A DNA stretch of 64,000 nt from an uncultured delta proteobacterium (GCA_963723235.1 CAVRPV010000011.1:129177-193176), one strand, 5' to 3'; numbered from the stretch's first letter, positions 52,551-62,761 are shown. Notes: generated by a model not told the origin, from the letters alone. A program made the numbers and translations.

Positions 52551-52681
52551 CAGGCTGTTGAAAAAAGGCCATCTGTCCCGCTGGCGTTGCGTTTGTCATG
52601 CGTCATTGCGGCGTACGGAAAAGTACGCCTCATTCCTCATGACTGCACGCGCCTTGCATCTAGCCATTTTTGAACAGCCTG
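52551..52681. repeat. ~125-bp near-palindromic element, copy 3
   Basis: CAGGCTGTTGAAAAAAGG...GCGGCGTACGGAAAAGTACGCCTCATTCCTCATGA...TTTTTGAACAGCCTG. It begins 16 nt upstream of the ABC ATPase start. Confidence 0.85.
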
Positions 52682-52914
52682 TTAAAAAAGATTTTTTAAC
52701 ATCCGGTAGTGGTCTGATCCGGGCTGCGGTCATCGCAAAGGAAAAATTTGTAGCATGTCCGCGGGGTTGTGTCAATCTGCGGGCGCCTTTTGGCACGCAT
52801 CGCATCGGATCGCAATCGATGGTTTTAAAAAAGCCGATCCCGATAGCATGTCCGATCGCCGGATCTGTCAATGGGATTTCTCAGCTCAGGGCGGCTTCTT
52901 TTGCAAAGACCGTG

Positions 52915-53610
52915 CTACATGCCGAAATGCATGTCAAGGGAGCGCTCAATTCCGCCTTTTTCCCCGAAGAGCGCTTTCCAAACCCTCACCCCCGGGTCAT
53001 GATCAACCAGTGTTTTTAAATAGTCGTCAAAAACCGCCTGCGTTTTGCGGAGTTCTTCGCCTGATTTCGGTGCGGTTTCATCGACCACATCGCAAAATAA
53101 ATTGAGGTATTCTATGTAAATTCCGGCAGCCAGTTCATCCAGCTCAGGTGGAAAATTTACCTGGCAGGACGCGCGCGAAAAAACTTCCTGCACCTGGCCG
53201 GCCTGTTTTTTTTCAAACTTCATCAGTTCCGGGTAGCGGTTGCGGATGGTGAGCATGCGGTCAAAAATGGCGCTGTCATCGTGATGGGTTTTGCCGGCGC
53301 GGTGAATGTCGACAATCAGCATTTTTTTTGTGCCTGTTTGCATGACTTCGCCCGCGAACACGGGCAGGTCATATTCAACACGCGGTCTGATGAAGTTGGA
53401 GCGCACGGCAAAGTACACGGGCAGCTGCGGCCGTATAAACACGATTCGCAACAAGCGATCGGTGCTGAACACCTCGCCGTCAATTTTCATCAGGCCCAGC
53501 GCGCGCAGCGGGCGCTCAGGGAAGGGGTGTTTCAATGCGACCGGCTTGAGCTGGTAGCGTTTGCGCATTTCAGCCTGGGCACGACTGTGAATGTCCATTA
53601 AATCCGCCAT
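52915..53610 (-). CDS. hypothetical protein with by-eye resemblance to ferredoxin-dependent bilin reductases
   Basis: Intact 231-aa ORF. VEYDLPVFAGEVMQTGTKKMLIVDIH compares with PcyA [26 protein letters not shown]. The C-terminal DHDPGVRVWKALFGE compares with NDKTRRVLEKAFGE. The function call is low-confidence. Confidence 0.6.
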   Translation of the reverse strand: MADLMDIHSRAQAEMRKRYQLKPVALKHPFPERPLRALGLMKIDGEVFSTDRLLRIVFIRPQLPVYFAVRSNFIRPRVEYDLPVFAGEVMQTGTKKMLIVDIHRAGKTHHDDSAIFDRMLTIRNRYPELMKFEKKQAGQVQEVFSRASCQVNFPPELDELAAGIYIEYLNLFCDVVDETAPKSGEELRKTQAVFDDYLKTLVDHDPGVRVWKALFGEKGGIERSLDMHFGM

Positions 53611-53643
53611 GGCGATGTGTCCTTTCCTCTATGAGTTGATATT

Positions 53644-54426
53644 TCAGGCCGGTGCCTGCGGCGCAATCCGTTCGCAGGCGGTGCGCATGAGCGCAAGCGC
53701 CTCCGGGCACAGTTCCCATGCGGGCAGGCGGAGCCTGTCGGCCTGCATGAGCCTGTCATCATATGGCAAAAACCCAAGCACATCGAGACCGTCGGCATGC
53801 TCGTTGATAAAATCAGTGTCAGAGGCGCTGCGTATTTTGTTGGCGATCAGGCAGACGCGCTCAAGATGAAGATCGCGTGCCAGGGCGCGGATTGCGCGCG
53901 CGGTCTCAATGCTGCGCATGCCCGGTTCCACGACCACGATCAGCTGATTAACCGCCTGTGCGGTTGCGCGGCCCAGGTGTTCTATGCCGGCTTCCATGTC
54001 CATGATGACGGCTTCATTGCGGTACAGGATAAGGTTCTGCATCATGGCCTTCAGCATGGCGCTTGCCGGGCAGATGCAACCGGCACCGCCCTGTTTCACC
54101 GTTCCCATTTTCAGCAGCCTGATGCCGTCCTTCTCCTGCCAGAGCTTTTCCGGCAGGTCGGCAACATGCGGATTGATTTTAAAAAATGATCCGACATTGC
54201 CGGGAGGGGCCCCGGTGCGCTCTTCAATCAGCTTAGACATGGATGCCAGCGGAACAATGGCATCATCAGCTATTCCAACAGCCGCACCCAGGTTCGCGTC
54301 CGGATCAGCGTCAACCGCGATAACGGCACATCCGCGCTCGACGAGTGCGCGGCACAGCAGGGCTGCCACGGTTGTTTTACCAACCCCGCCTTTGCCGGTC
54401 ACGGCGATTTTTAAGGGTGTTTCCAT
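53644..54426 (-). CDS. CooC/MinD-type P-loop ATPase (Ni-insertion accessory-like)
   Basis: The ATG at 54426 gives METPLKIAVTGKGGVGKTT (deviant Walker A). CxC motif GGAGCICP. Confidence 0.8.
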   Translation of the reverse strand: METPLKIAVTGKGGVGKTTVAALLCRALVERGCAVIAVDADPDANLGAAVGIADDAIVPLASMSKLIEERTGAPPGNVGSFFKINPHVADLPEKLWQEKDGIRLLKMGTVKQGGAGCICPASAMLKAMMQNLILYRNEAVIMDMEAGIEHLGRATAQAVNQLIVVVEPGMRSIETARAIRALARDLHLERVCLIANKIRSASDTDFINEHADGLDVLGFLPYDDRLMQADRLRLPAWELCPEALALMRTACERIAPQAPA

Positions 54427-54645
54427 GTGAAGCCGCTTCCTTTCATCGGTTTGTAACAGCCTTTGTATAGCATACCACGCTTTGAACATCAATCATCGCC
54501 CTGCGGTTGTCACGCACAAACACCGCACTGCGGATGCATAAAAAAATTGCAAAAAAATAGCATTTAACATACATTGCAAACATCCGATATATGATTGTGC
54601 TTTCGACGGAGATACAATTCGAATGAGCAGGGGAATCAAACGCGC

Positions 54646-55560
54646 ATGAAAAAAGACGTTTCAATTCTAATTGTTGATGATGAAGAGAACGCCCGGGATA
54701 CCCTGGCGGAACTGCTGGCCGGGGAAGGCTACGCAGTGTGTGGAGTCGATTCCGCTGCCGCTGCCCTGGAAATTATCGGGTCAGGTTCCTATGATCTGGT
54801 GATAACAGATCTGGTCATGCCCCGCAGTGACGGTATCGTTCTTACCAGGAATATCAAGAGCCTGGGCATTGATATTCCGATTATCGTTGTCACGGGATTT
54901 GCGACCATTGAATATGCCGTGGAATCGATGAAGGCCGGTGCTTTTGATTTCATCACCAAGCCGTTTAATTTTGAACAGGTCAAGCTCACGATTGAAAAGG
55001 CGTTTGAAACCAAACGGTTGCGCCAGCTTGCGAGTGAAAGTGAGTTTTACCGGCAGCTTTCAAACAGCGATGAACTGACCCAGCTTGCCAATTACCGCTC
55101 TTTCCATGAGATTTTTCAACATGAGATTGACCGCGCGCTGCGCTATGACCGGCCCCTGGCTCTGCTGATGATCGATATCGATGATTTTAAAAAATGCAAT
55201 GACACCTACGGGCACCTGACAGGTGATGCCGTCCTGAAGCAGATGGCCGTTCTTATAAAAAAGAATTCGCGCGGATCTGATTGTGTCGCCCGCTATGGCG
55301 GTGAGGAGTTTTTCGTAGTTCTGCCCGAAACGGTCGAGCCCCATGCACTGGTGGTTGCCGAGCGCATGCGTACCGAAATTGAGAGTCATGTTTTTCTGGA
55401 TGAAAACCAGCAGCCGATTTCAAGCCTGAGCGTGACAATCGGCATTTCCTCCCTGCCTTTGCGGGCTATCAATAAACGTGACCTGATCAGAACCGCTGAT
55501 TTTGCCCTCTACCGGGGCAAGGCTGCCGGTAAAAACTGCGTGATGTTATTCGAGGAATAA
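54646..55560 (+). CDS. response regulator receiver - GGDEF diguanylate cyclase
   Basis: REC domain (ILIVDDEEN...DLVITDLVMP) followed by a GGDEF domain with an intact RYGGEEF site. Confidence 0.9.
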   Translation: MKKDVSILIVDDEENARDTLAELLAGEGYAVCGVDSAAAALEIIGSGSYDLVITDLVMPRSDGIVLTRNIKSLGIDIPIIVVTGFATIEYAVESMKAGAFDFITKPFNFEQVKLTIEKAFETKRLRQLASESEFYRQLSNSDELTQLANYRSFHEIFQHEIDRALRYDRPLALLMIDIDDFKKCNDTYGHLTGDAVLKQMAVLIKKNSRGSDCVARYGGEEFFVVLPETVEPHALVVAERMRTEIESHVFLDENQQPISSLSVTIGISSLPLRAINKRDLIRTADFALYRGKAAGKNCVMLFEE

Positions 55561-55581
55561 TCCGCAACCGGGGCCTGAGCC

Positions 55582-56709
55582 CTATGTCCGTCCGCTTAAC
55601 GCCGCACTCTTTGCATTGATCGTTTCCAGCAGATCAAGATAGGCTTTTTCAAATGCGGCAACCCCGTCTGCGAGCAGCTCGTCGTAAATCGCCTGCAGGT
55701 CAATGCCCAGGGAGGAGATGGCGCGCAGAGCTTCCGGCGCTTCGGCAAAGCCGTCCTGTATGCTTCCCGCTTTTCCATGATCCCTGAAGGCCGCGATTGT
55801 CTGGGGCGGCAGGGTATTGATGGTGCCGGGTGCGATCAGCCCTTCAACGTACTTGACATCGCTGTACGCCGGATCTTTTGTTCCGGTGCTCGCCCACAGC
55901 ACACGCTGCTGCCGGGCGCCGAGGCCGGCGAGCTTTTGAAAGCGCTCACTGACGAAAAGTTCCTGATAGATGGCGTAGGTGACCCGTGCGATGCTTTCAG
56001 CCGCACGGCCTCTCAGTGACGATGCCTGATGGGCCTGAGGGCCGCCCTGTGCGATAAGGGCGTCCAGGCGCTTGTCAACCTGCGTGTCAAGGCGGCTGAT
56101 GAAAAAGCTGGCAACGGAATGCACGTCCTGCACGCTTGCGCCGCGGGCAAGCCGGCTTTCCAGGGCGGCGATATAGGCCAGGGCCACGCGGCGGTAGCAT
56201 TCCGGATCAAACAGCAGGGTGATATTAACGTTGATGCCCTGCTCAAGCAGGCTCTGCGCAACGTGGATGCCCTCGGGGGTTCCGGGGGCTTTTACCATGA
56301 TGTTGGGCAGGGCGATCAGGTCCATCAGGTGCCGTGCTTCGGAGATGCTTTCCTCGACCCGGAAAGCGTGCTGCGGGTTGAGCTCAATGGATACAAAGCC
56401 GTCCATGTGTTTGCTGGCCTCAAAAACCGGCAGCATCAGCTTGCCCGCTGCGATAATATCCTCCACGGTAATGGCCTCATATATTTCCGCAGTGCTTTTG
56501 CCACGGGTGAGCAGGCTCTGAATCTGCTCATCATAGTCATTGCTTTTTGAAACCGCGTTCATGAAAATGCTCGGGTTTGACGTGATGCCGCTGATGCCGT
56601 CTTCGTCGATCATGCGCTGCAGGGTGCCGTCGGCAAGCTCCCGGCGTTGAATATTGTCAAGCCACAGGCTTTGTCCTGCCTGCGTGATGATCTGTGTTTT
56701 GGATTTCAT
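55582..56709 (-). CDS. tal: transaldolase
   Basis: ATG at 56709 (MKSKTQIITQAGQSLWLDNIQR). SNPSIF, IMVKAPGT and NVNITLLF motifs. Intact. Confidence 0.9.
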   Translation of the reverse strand: MKSKTQIITQAGQSLWLDNIQRRELADGTLQRMIDEDGISGITSNPSIFMNAVSKSNDYDEQIQSLLTRGKSTAEIYEAITVEDIIAAGKLMLPVFEASKHMDGFVSIELNPQHAFRVEESISEARHLMDLIALPNIMVKAPGTPEGIHVAQSLLEQGINVNITLLFDPECYRRVALAYIAALESRLARGASVQDVHSVASFFISRLDTQVDKRLDALIAQGGPQAHQASSLRGRAAESIARVTYAIYQELFVSERFQKLAGLGARQQRVLWASTGTKDPAYSDVKYVEGLIAPGTINTLPPQTIAAFRDHGKAGSIQDGFAEAPEALRAISSLGIDLQAIYDELLADGVAAFEKAYLDLLETINAKSAALSGRT

Positions 56710-56751
56710 ACATATGTCCTTTCCGGCAAAAACGTTTTGATTGTTGACACA

Positions 56752-56866
56752 CTCGTAAAAAGTCCGGATGCTGCGTTGCGCTTCATCCTCAGTCATTGCG
56801 GCGTACAGCACGTATGCCTTATTCCTTCGGATGTACGCGCCTTGCCTGCGAACTTTTTACGAGCGT
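56752..56866. repeat. divergent copy 4 of the near-palindromic element
   Basis: The same core GCGGCGTACAGCACGTATGCCTTATTCCTTCGGATG..CGCGCCTTGCC but different termini CTCGTAAAAAGT...ACTTTTTACGAG. It lies in the tal 5' region. Confidence 0.6.
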
Positions 56867-56922
56867 TTCTGAATTAATGGTTATTTTCTGACTTTTTACG
56901 ACTTCATCAATTGTTGACCGGT

Positions 56923-58767
56923 TCATTCCCGGGGCAGTTTTATCCTGAATACAGTCCAGTTTGTGTCCGGAGAGCTTTCAAACTCGGCAATGCCGTTATG
57001 CATTACGGTAAATAGCTTGACGATGGTGAGACCCTGGCCGCCGGTTTCATTTCCGGAGCGCGCCGGCCCTGCCTGCGTCTTGAAAATCTGGCTGCGCGTT
57101 TCATCCGGTATGACGCCGGTATTGCCGATTGCGATTACGATAAAAGTATTTTCCTGATACACGTCGATCTGCAGGCGTCCCTGTTTAAGTTCTTGCAGTT
57201 TTTTATGGGCGTTGTCAAGCAGGTTGCCGATAATTCGCCCTGTTTTCTTGCGGTCGGCCATAATGCGGCAGTCGGGCAGGTTGATATTCTGGACTATTTC
57301 AACCTGGGGAGGGAAGTAGTAGCCTTCCAGCCTCTCGGCGATAATCTCAACGAGGTCAACAGGCTCCTTGCGCGCAAACGGCACGCGGTCGGTGATAATA
57401 TCATTGACGTTCAGCATGCTGCGATAGAGTTTTTTGTACAGCACGTTGAGTTCTTCAGCGGTTGTGTCAGGCGAGGCAAGGCGTTTTGCATACACCTTGG
57501 CGATCGCGCCGAAGGAAAGCATTTGATTGAAAAAATCATGGCGCTCCTGCGAGCGCAGCGATACCTGAATGCACAGCTCAATGTCCCGGGCCAGCGCATT
57601 GCAAAAGAACAGGTCAGCGTTTGAAAGCGGGCGGGTTTCATCCGCATCCAGAACGATGATATTGGTAACGACATTATTTTCATCCTGTATCGGCACGAAG
57701 TACACATTGTCGATCTGATGATGCAGGTAGAGGTCAAAACTGGCCCGCATGCGTGCATCATTGCGCGCATCGGTAATCAGCAGGGCCGTTCCCTTGCGGC
57801 AGACTTCTTCAAAGGCCGGATGCTGGCTGAAGTGCAGGGCTGCGCCATAGGAGTGTTCAAATGCGTCCATGGGATATCCCGCGATTAACACAGCTACCCG
57901 GTCCTCACCGGTATCCTGCTCAATGCTAAACAGCGAACAGCGTTTTACATGGATGGATTCGGCAATGCGTGCAATCAGGAAACTGAGAACCTGGTCAAGC
58001 GACTCGGTTCGCTTTAAGATGGATATGAGCGCCTGGCGGCTTTCCTGCAGGACCAGCGCGCGATTCTGCAGTTCGAGCTTGCGCTGCTGGGAGAGCACAT
58101 AGTTGAAGCGGCTGACGATGCTGTTTAAGAGTTTGATCTGTGCGGGAGGGAATTTTTTGTTTTTTTCCGTAAAGTACAGCTGCAGGGTTCCGACGAGTAC
58201 GTCTATTTTTTCGGCACCGTCATAGTCAGTGAGGCGGACGGGCAGGGCCAGCATTGAATTGAGGCCGCGCGCAAGAATTTTTTCCTTGTCGCGGTAGAGC
58301 GGCTCAGCGCTTATGTCCGGCACGCAGTAAGGCGTGTTTTCCCTGATGGTCTTTCCTGCCAGCGAATCTTCGTAGGGAATCTCTTCGGCGCGTTCTTCAT
58401 TCCAGTTGTACTGGCCGGCTGCAATCATGCTGTTGCGCAGCGGGTCGTGGGTCCGGCAGGTGGCGCTTTGCGCCTCGCAGATCAGGGCCGTGTCACGGCA
58501 CAGAACATGCAGCAGTTCATTCTGAGAGATTTCCGGGGAGATATTGACGATGTCGTCGGCAATGCTGACAACGCGCTCAAGGTCAAGCCAGGGATTTTCA
58601 GCCAGAAATGCGATGCGCGCCACTCCCTGGTCACCCAGGGTATCGATAAAGTTCCGGGTGTGCGGATCGCGCAGCAGCTTCAGCATTGCCGGGTGCTTTT
58701 GAAGAAAGGCAGCCGCTTCCTGCAGACCGGCCGCGTCATTATGAGCGCGTGCATCCATGGCTGTCAT
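56923..58767 (-). CDS. GAF-domain sensor histidine-kinase-like protein
   Basis: Intact ORF. C-terminal HATPase_c motifs (IIGNLLDNAHKK, GGQGLTIVK). The start (58767 or 58863) is uncertain. Confidence 0.7.
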   Translation of the reverse strand: MTAMDARAHNDAAGLQEAAAFLQKHPAMLKLLRDPHTRNFIDTLGDQGVARIAFLAENPWLDLERVVSIADDIVNISPEISQNELLHVLCRDTALICEAQSATCRTHDPLRNSMIAAGQYNWNEERAEEIPYEDSLAGKTIRENTPYCVPDISAEPLYRDKEKILARGLNSMLALPVRLTDYDGAEKIDVLVGTLQLYFTEKNKKFPPAQIKLLNSIVSRFNYVLSQQRKLELQNRALVLQESRQALISILKRTESLDQVLSFLIARIAESIHVKRCSLFSIEQDTGEDRVAVLIAGYPMDAFEHSYGAALHFSQHPAFEEVCRKGTALLITDARNDARMRASFDLYLHHQIDNVYFVPIQDENNVVTNIIVLDADETRPLSNADLFFCNALARDIELCIQVSLRSQERHDFFNQMLSFGAIAKVYAKRLASPDTTAEELNVLYKKLYRSMLNVNDIITDRVPFARKEPVDLVEIIAERLEGYYFPPQVEIVQNINLPDCRIMADRKKTGRIIGNLLDNAHKKLQELKQGRLQIDVYQENTFIVIAIGNTGVIPDETRSQIFKTQAGPARSGNETGGQGLTIVKLFTVMHNGIAEFESSPDTNWTVFRIKLPRE

Positions 58768-59022
58768 GCTAATACAAATCCGGTTGAATGTAAAAAGAAA
58801 TTGTACGCAGGCGGCAGTTTGGGCCATGCTGCATGCATCCGGGCAACGGGCTGTGTGCAGCATCCGGACTTTTTAAGAACAGGCCATGGGCTGCACAAAA
58901 AATTTGCTTCCTGACGCTGCTCCGTTGTAGTATGCACTCAGATCCGTGTGTATACGTACCGGAACATGAGCGCACGGTACATGATGAATGGTTGAAACGG
59001 CATTGCGCCACAGGAGTACGGT

Positions 59023-61170
59023 ATGAAAGAAACGTTTATTACCCGGGGCGGAATACAGGTCGAGCGCGTTCAGGAAACGCTCGCACTGGAAACGGCCCTG
59101 GATGATGTCTATCGGCATATCGACCGGGCCCGGGGCTGTATCCTGGCCAGTGACTATGAATATCCGGGCCGCTATTCGCGCTGGGATATCGGGTTTATCG
59201 ATCCGCCTTTTGAACTGGTGAGCCATGGCCGCGATTTTTCCTTGCGCGCGCTTAATCTCCGCGGCAACGTGATGCTTGCAATGCTCGGCGCCGGTATCGC
59301 CGGGCACGGCGATGTTGAAAACTGCCGGCAGGATGAAGGTCTGATCAGCGGCCGGGTTCGCTCAATGCCGCACGGGTTTCCGGAGGAGCAGCGCAGCAAG
59401 CAGCCCAGCATTTTTTCCGTGCTGCGGGCTTTGTGCGATCACATGGCCTGCGAGGACGAATACCTGAGCATGTTCGGCGCGTTCGGCTATGATCTTGTGT
59501 TTCAGTTCGAGCCGATCACATTCCGGCATGACCGCTCCGCAGCCGGGCCCGACTGCCATCTTTTTTTTGCGGACCGCATAACCGCGATTGACCGTCAGAA
59601 AAAAACGGCCTTCAGGCTTTCGTATGAATTCAGCACGCCCGGCGGCCTGACGACCGTCGGCATCCCGGTGACCGGCGAGCGCATCGAGCCGGGCCTCCCT
59701 CAGGCGGCAACTGATGTATCCTGCGATCACAAGCCGGGTGAATATGCCCGGAAAGTTGAGCGCATCCGGCAGGGATGCCTGCAGGGTGATTTTTTTGAAG
59801 TGGTGCTCTCGCAGGAATTCAGCGTGGCATGTGCGCATACGCCCGGCGAGCTGTTTAACCGGTTACGGGACTCCAATCCCAGCCCGTATGACTTTATAAT
59901 CAATCTTGGCTCAGAGCAGCTCATTGGTGCGTCGCCCGAGATGTTCGTGCGGGTCAACGGTCGCGAAGTTGAAACCTGCCCTATCAGCGGTACGGTTAAG
60001 CGCGGCGATGGTCCCATGCAGGATGCCGAACAGATCAGGATTCTTCTGACCAGCCGCAAGGATGAATCTGAGTTGACCATGTGCACGGATGTTGACCGCA
60101 ACGACAAGTCACGGGTGTGCGTGCCCGGCTCGGTTCAGCTGGTTGGCAGGCGCATGGTGGAAAGCTATTCCCGGCTGTTTCATACCGTTGATCATGTCAA
60201 GGGTACGCTGTTGCCTGACTATGACATGTTTGATGCGTTTCTTTCGCACATGTGGGCCTGTACCCTGACAGGCGCGCCCAAGCCGATTGCCATGCAGACC
60301 ATTGAAGATCTTGAAAACAGTGCGCGTAGATGGTACGGCGGTTGCGTGGGCCTGTTTACCTTTAACGGGCAGCTCAATACCGGCATTACAATTCGCACGA
60401 TTCATCTGCAGGACGGCACGGCCCGGGTTCGCTCCGGGGCCACGCTGCTGTATGACTCGATACCTGAGGATGAGGAGCAGGAAACGCGCATCAAGGCCTC
60501 GGCGTTTCTGGGTGCGGTCACTGCGCCGGTTGCTGCGCGGCTCACGCCCGAGGTCCCGCGCTTGAAAGCAAAGCGTCCCGGTGTCAGGGTTCTGTTTGTC
60601 GACAATCAGGACAGTTTCGTGCACACGCTTGCAAACTATGTCCGCCAGACCGGCGTTGATGTCATAACCCTGCGGGGCGGTTTTGCCGCTCAGTGCCTTG
60701 ATGACGTGCGCCCTGATATGCTCTTTATCTCGCCGGGGCCCTGTACGCCTGAGAAAATGGGCGTGCTGCAGCTTGTGGATCAGGCTGTACAGCGCGCTTT
60801 GCCCGTGTTTGGCGTATGCCTGGGGCATCAGGGCATTGCGCAATACTTCGGTGCGGAACTGGGACTGCTGCCCCGGCCGATGCACGGACGTGAAACCGCT
60901 GTTACGCATCAGGGCAAAGGCATTTTCAAGAACCTGCCCAGTCCCATGACAGCGGGGCGCTACCACAGCCTGTATGTCAAAAAAGATGGCCTGCCCGCAT
61001 GTCTGGAGATAACCGCTGAGTCCGATGACGGTATTATTATGGCCCTGCAGCATCGGGAACTGCCCATATGCTCGGTGCAGTTTCATCCTGAATCAATTTT
61101 AACGCTTGAGGATGACGCCGGGCTGAAATTAATCGCCAATGTTATCGAGCGTTTGACCATGCGGACCTGA
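59023..61170 (+). CDS. trpE: anthranilate synthase, fused components I and II (TrpE(G) type)
   Basis: Intact 715-aa ORF. The N-terminal chorismate-binding part has (L)TGAPK. The C-terminal glutamine amidotransferase has GVCLGHQ and the QFHPES triad. Confidence 0.9.
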   Translation: MKETFITRGGIQVERVQETLALETALDDVYRHIDRARGCILASDYEYPGRYSRWDIGFIDPPFELVSHGRDFSLRALNLRGNVMLAMLGAGIAGHGDVENCRQDEGLISGRVRSMPHGFPEEQRSKQPSIFSVLRALCDHMACEDEYLSMFGAFGYDLVFQFEPITFRHDRSAAGPDCHLFFADRITAIDRQKKTAFRLSYEFSTPGGLTTVGIPVTGERIEPGLPQAATDVSCDHKPGEYARKVERIRQGCLQGDFFEVVLSQEFSVACAHTPGELFNRLRDSNPSPYDFIINLGSEQLIGASPEMFVRVNGREVETCPISGTVKRGDGPMQDAEQIRILLTSRKDESELTMCTDVDRNDKSRVCVPGSVQLVGRRMVESYSRLFHTVDHVKGTLLPDYDMFDAFLSHMWACTLTGAPKPIAMQTIEDLENSARRWYGGCVGLFTFNGQLNTGITIRTIHLQDGTARVRSGATLLYDSIPEDEEQETRIKASAFLGAVTAPVAARLTPEVPRLKAKRPGVRVLFVDNQDSFVHTLANYVRQTGVDVITLRGGFAAQCLDDVRPDMLFISPGPCTPEKMGVLQLVDQAVQRALPVFGVCLGHQGIAQYFGAELGLLPRPMHGRETAVTHQGKGIFKNLPSPMTAGRYHSLYVKKDGLPACLEITAESDDGIIMALQHRELPICSVQFHPESILTLEDDAGLKLIANVIERLTMRT

Positions 61171-61721
61171 TGTTTTTCAAGATTCGCAGAGCGTTTCAAC
61201 CGTACAATCAAGAGAAAAAATCAGGTTTAGTTTTTATCCTGTTGAAATCTCATGTGGTTTTTTTGATACTTCAGGCGGGTTAACCATTCCAGCCTCATTT
61301 TTCTACCTAAGTAGCTGTAATTCCATTGTTTGACGTATATTGATCCAAAATGGAGCAATCTGCTCTTGCAGGCCTTATTACACGGCCTCATGTGTTTTCC
61401 CATGGGGTTATCCACAGCTTATAGACATGTTGTGTGGAAATCATCCGCGCATCCTTGCGAATGCAGAAAACAGTGCGTACATTCCTACAATAATCGGTTC
61501 AATGCATACTGATGCCTTTGAGCAGATGCTCCGGCAACGCATCAAAGTCCGTGCGGTTTTTACAGCGGGAATATGCATTTCCTGATGGTAAACCATCGGA
61601 ACGCGGTTCCTGAATATATGGCTTGCGGTCACGGACAACACATGTTAAACATACAGCCTGCATTGAGCTATGCACATTTTTGGTTCACCTCCGGCTGCAT
61701 GTACAAGGGAGCGGACAGCGC

Positions 61722-62576
61722 ATGCGCACCATCGGCATTATTGTTAAAAAAAACCGGTTGCAGGCCCTGGAACAGGTAAAAAGCATTGTTCCGCTGCTGC
61801 TGCGCGAGCACAAAACGGTATTGATTGAAAATACCATTGAACCGTTTGACGAGAGCCTGAGATTTTGCGCACGCTCGCAGGTAATCGCCGAGTCCGAGTT
61901 GCTGCTGGTGTTCGGCGGTGACGGCACCCTGCTGAGTGTGGCCCGCGAGCCCGGGGTTGAGTCCGTTCCGATTCTGGCGGTCAACCTCGGCGGACTGGGG
62001 TTTCTGACTGAAACACGGACACAGGAACTGCAGGGCATGCTGGGCCGGGTATGTGCCGGTGATTTTGACATTGAGCGGCGCATGATGCTTGATGTGCGCC
62101 TGCAGACCGGGCGCGGCGAGGATATGCGCTTCAGGGTTCTCAATGACGTGGTGATCAACAAGAGCGCGCTGGCGCGCATGATAGATATTGAAACCCTGGT
62201 TAACGGCGATTATCTGACCACCTATAAAAGCGACGGCCTGATCGTGTGCACGCCGACCGGATCAACCGGTTATTTTCTCTCCGCCGGCGGCCCGGTTATC
62301 TATCCGGATCTTGCGCTGATATCTCTTGCGCCGATCTGTCCGCATACGCTGTCGCAGCGCCCCATTATTCTCAATGACGCAAGCGTGATTACGCTGGTTT
62401 TGAAAACCCCCGAAGAGGATGTTCGCCTGACCATGGACGGCCAGGTGGGCGAGCGGCTGCATGCCGGCGATGTGGTGGAGGTGCGCAAAAGCGCTGCCGC
62501 GCTTCAGCTGATTACATCTCCTTTCAGGACCTACTTTGAAGTATTGAGGGAAAAATTTCGCTGGGGTGAGCGCTGA
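61722..62576 (+). CDS. nadK: NAD kinase
   Basis: ATG at 61722 follows AGGGAG. GGDGTLL and TPTGSTGY motifs. Confidence 0.9.
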   Translation: MRTIGIIVKKNRLQALEQVKSIVPLLLREHKTVLIENTIEPFDESLRFCARSQVIAESELLLVFGGDGTLLSVAREPGVESVPILAVNLGGLGFLTETRTQELQGMLGRVCAGDFDIERRMMLDVRLQTGRGEDMRFRVLNDVVINKSALARMIDIETLVNGDYLTTYKSDGLIVCTPTGSTGYFLSAGGPVIYPDLALISLAPICPHTLSQRPIILNDASVITLVLKTPEEDVRLTMDGQVGERLHAGDVVEVRKSAAALQLITSPFRTYFEVLREKFRWGER

Positions 62577-62618
62577 GCAGAGCCGTGTCCAACAGGGGAA
62601 CGAAAAATTTTCTGTGTA

Positions 62619-62743
62619 CAGGCTGTTCAAAAAATGCGCAGATGCAAGGCGTGCGATATTGTGAGGAATGAGGCGTACTTTCCGTACGCCGCAAAGACGA
62701 ACAATGAGCGCAACGCCGCAGATGTGCTGTTTTCAACAGCCTG
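62619..62743. repeat. ~125-bp near-palindromic element, copy 5 (inverted relative to copies 1-3)
   Basis: CAGGCTGTTCAAAAAATGCGCAGATGCAAGGCG...GGCGTACTTTCCGTACGCCGC...TTTTCAACAGCCTG. It lies between nadK and recN. Confidence 0.85.
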
Positions 62744-62761
62744 CTAAGGGATGCAGGAGCC

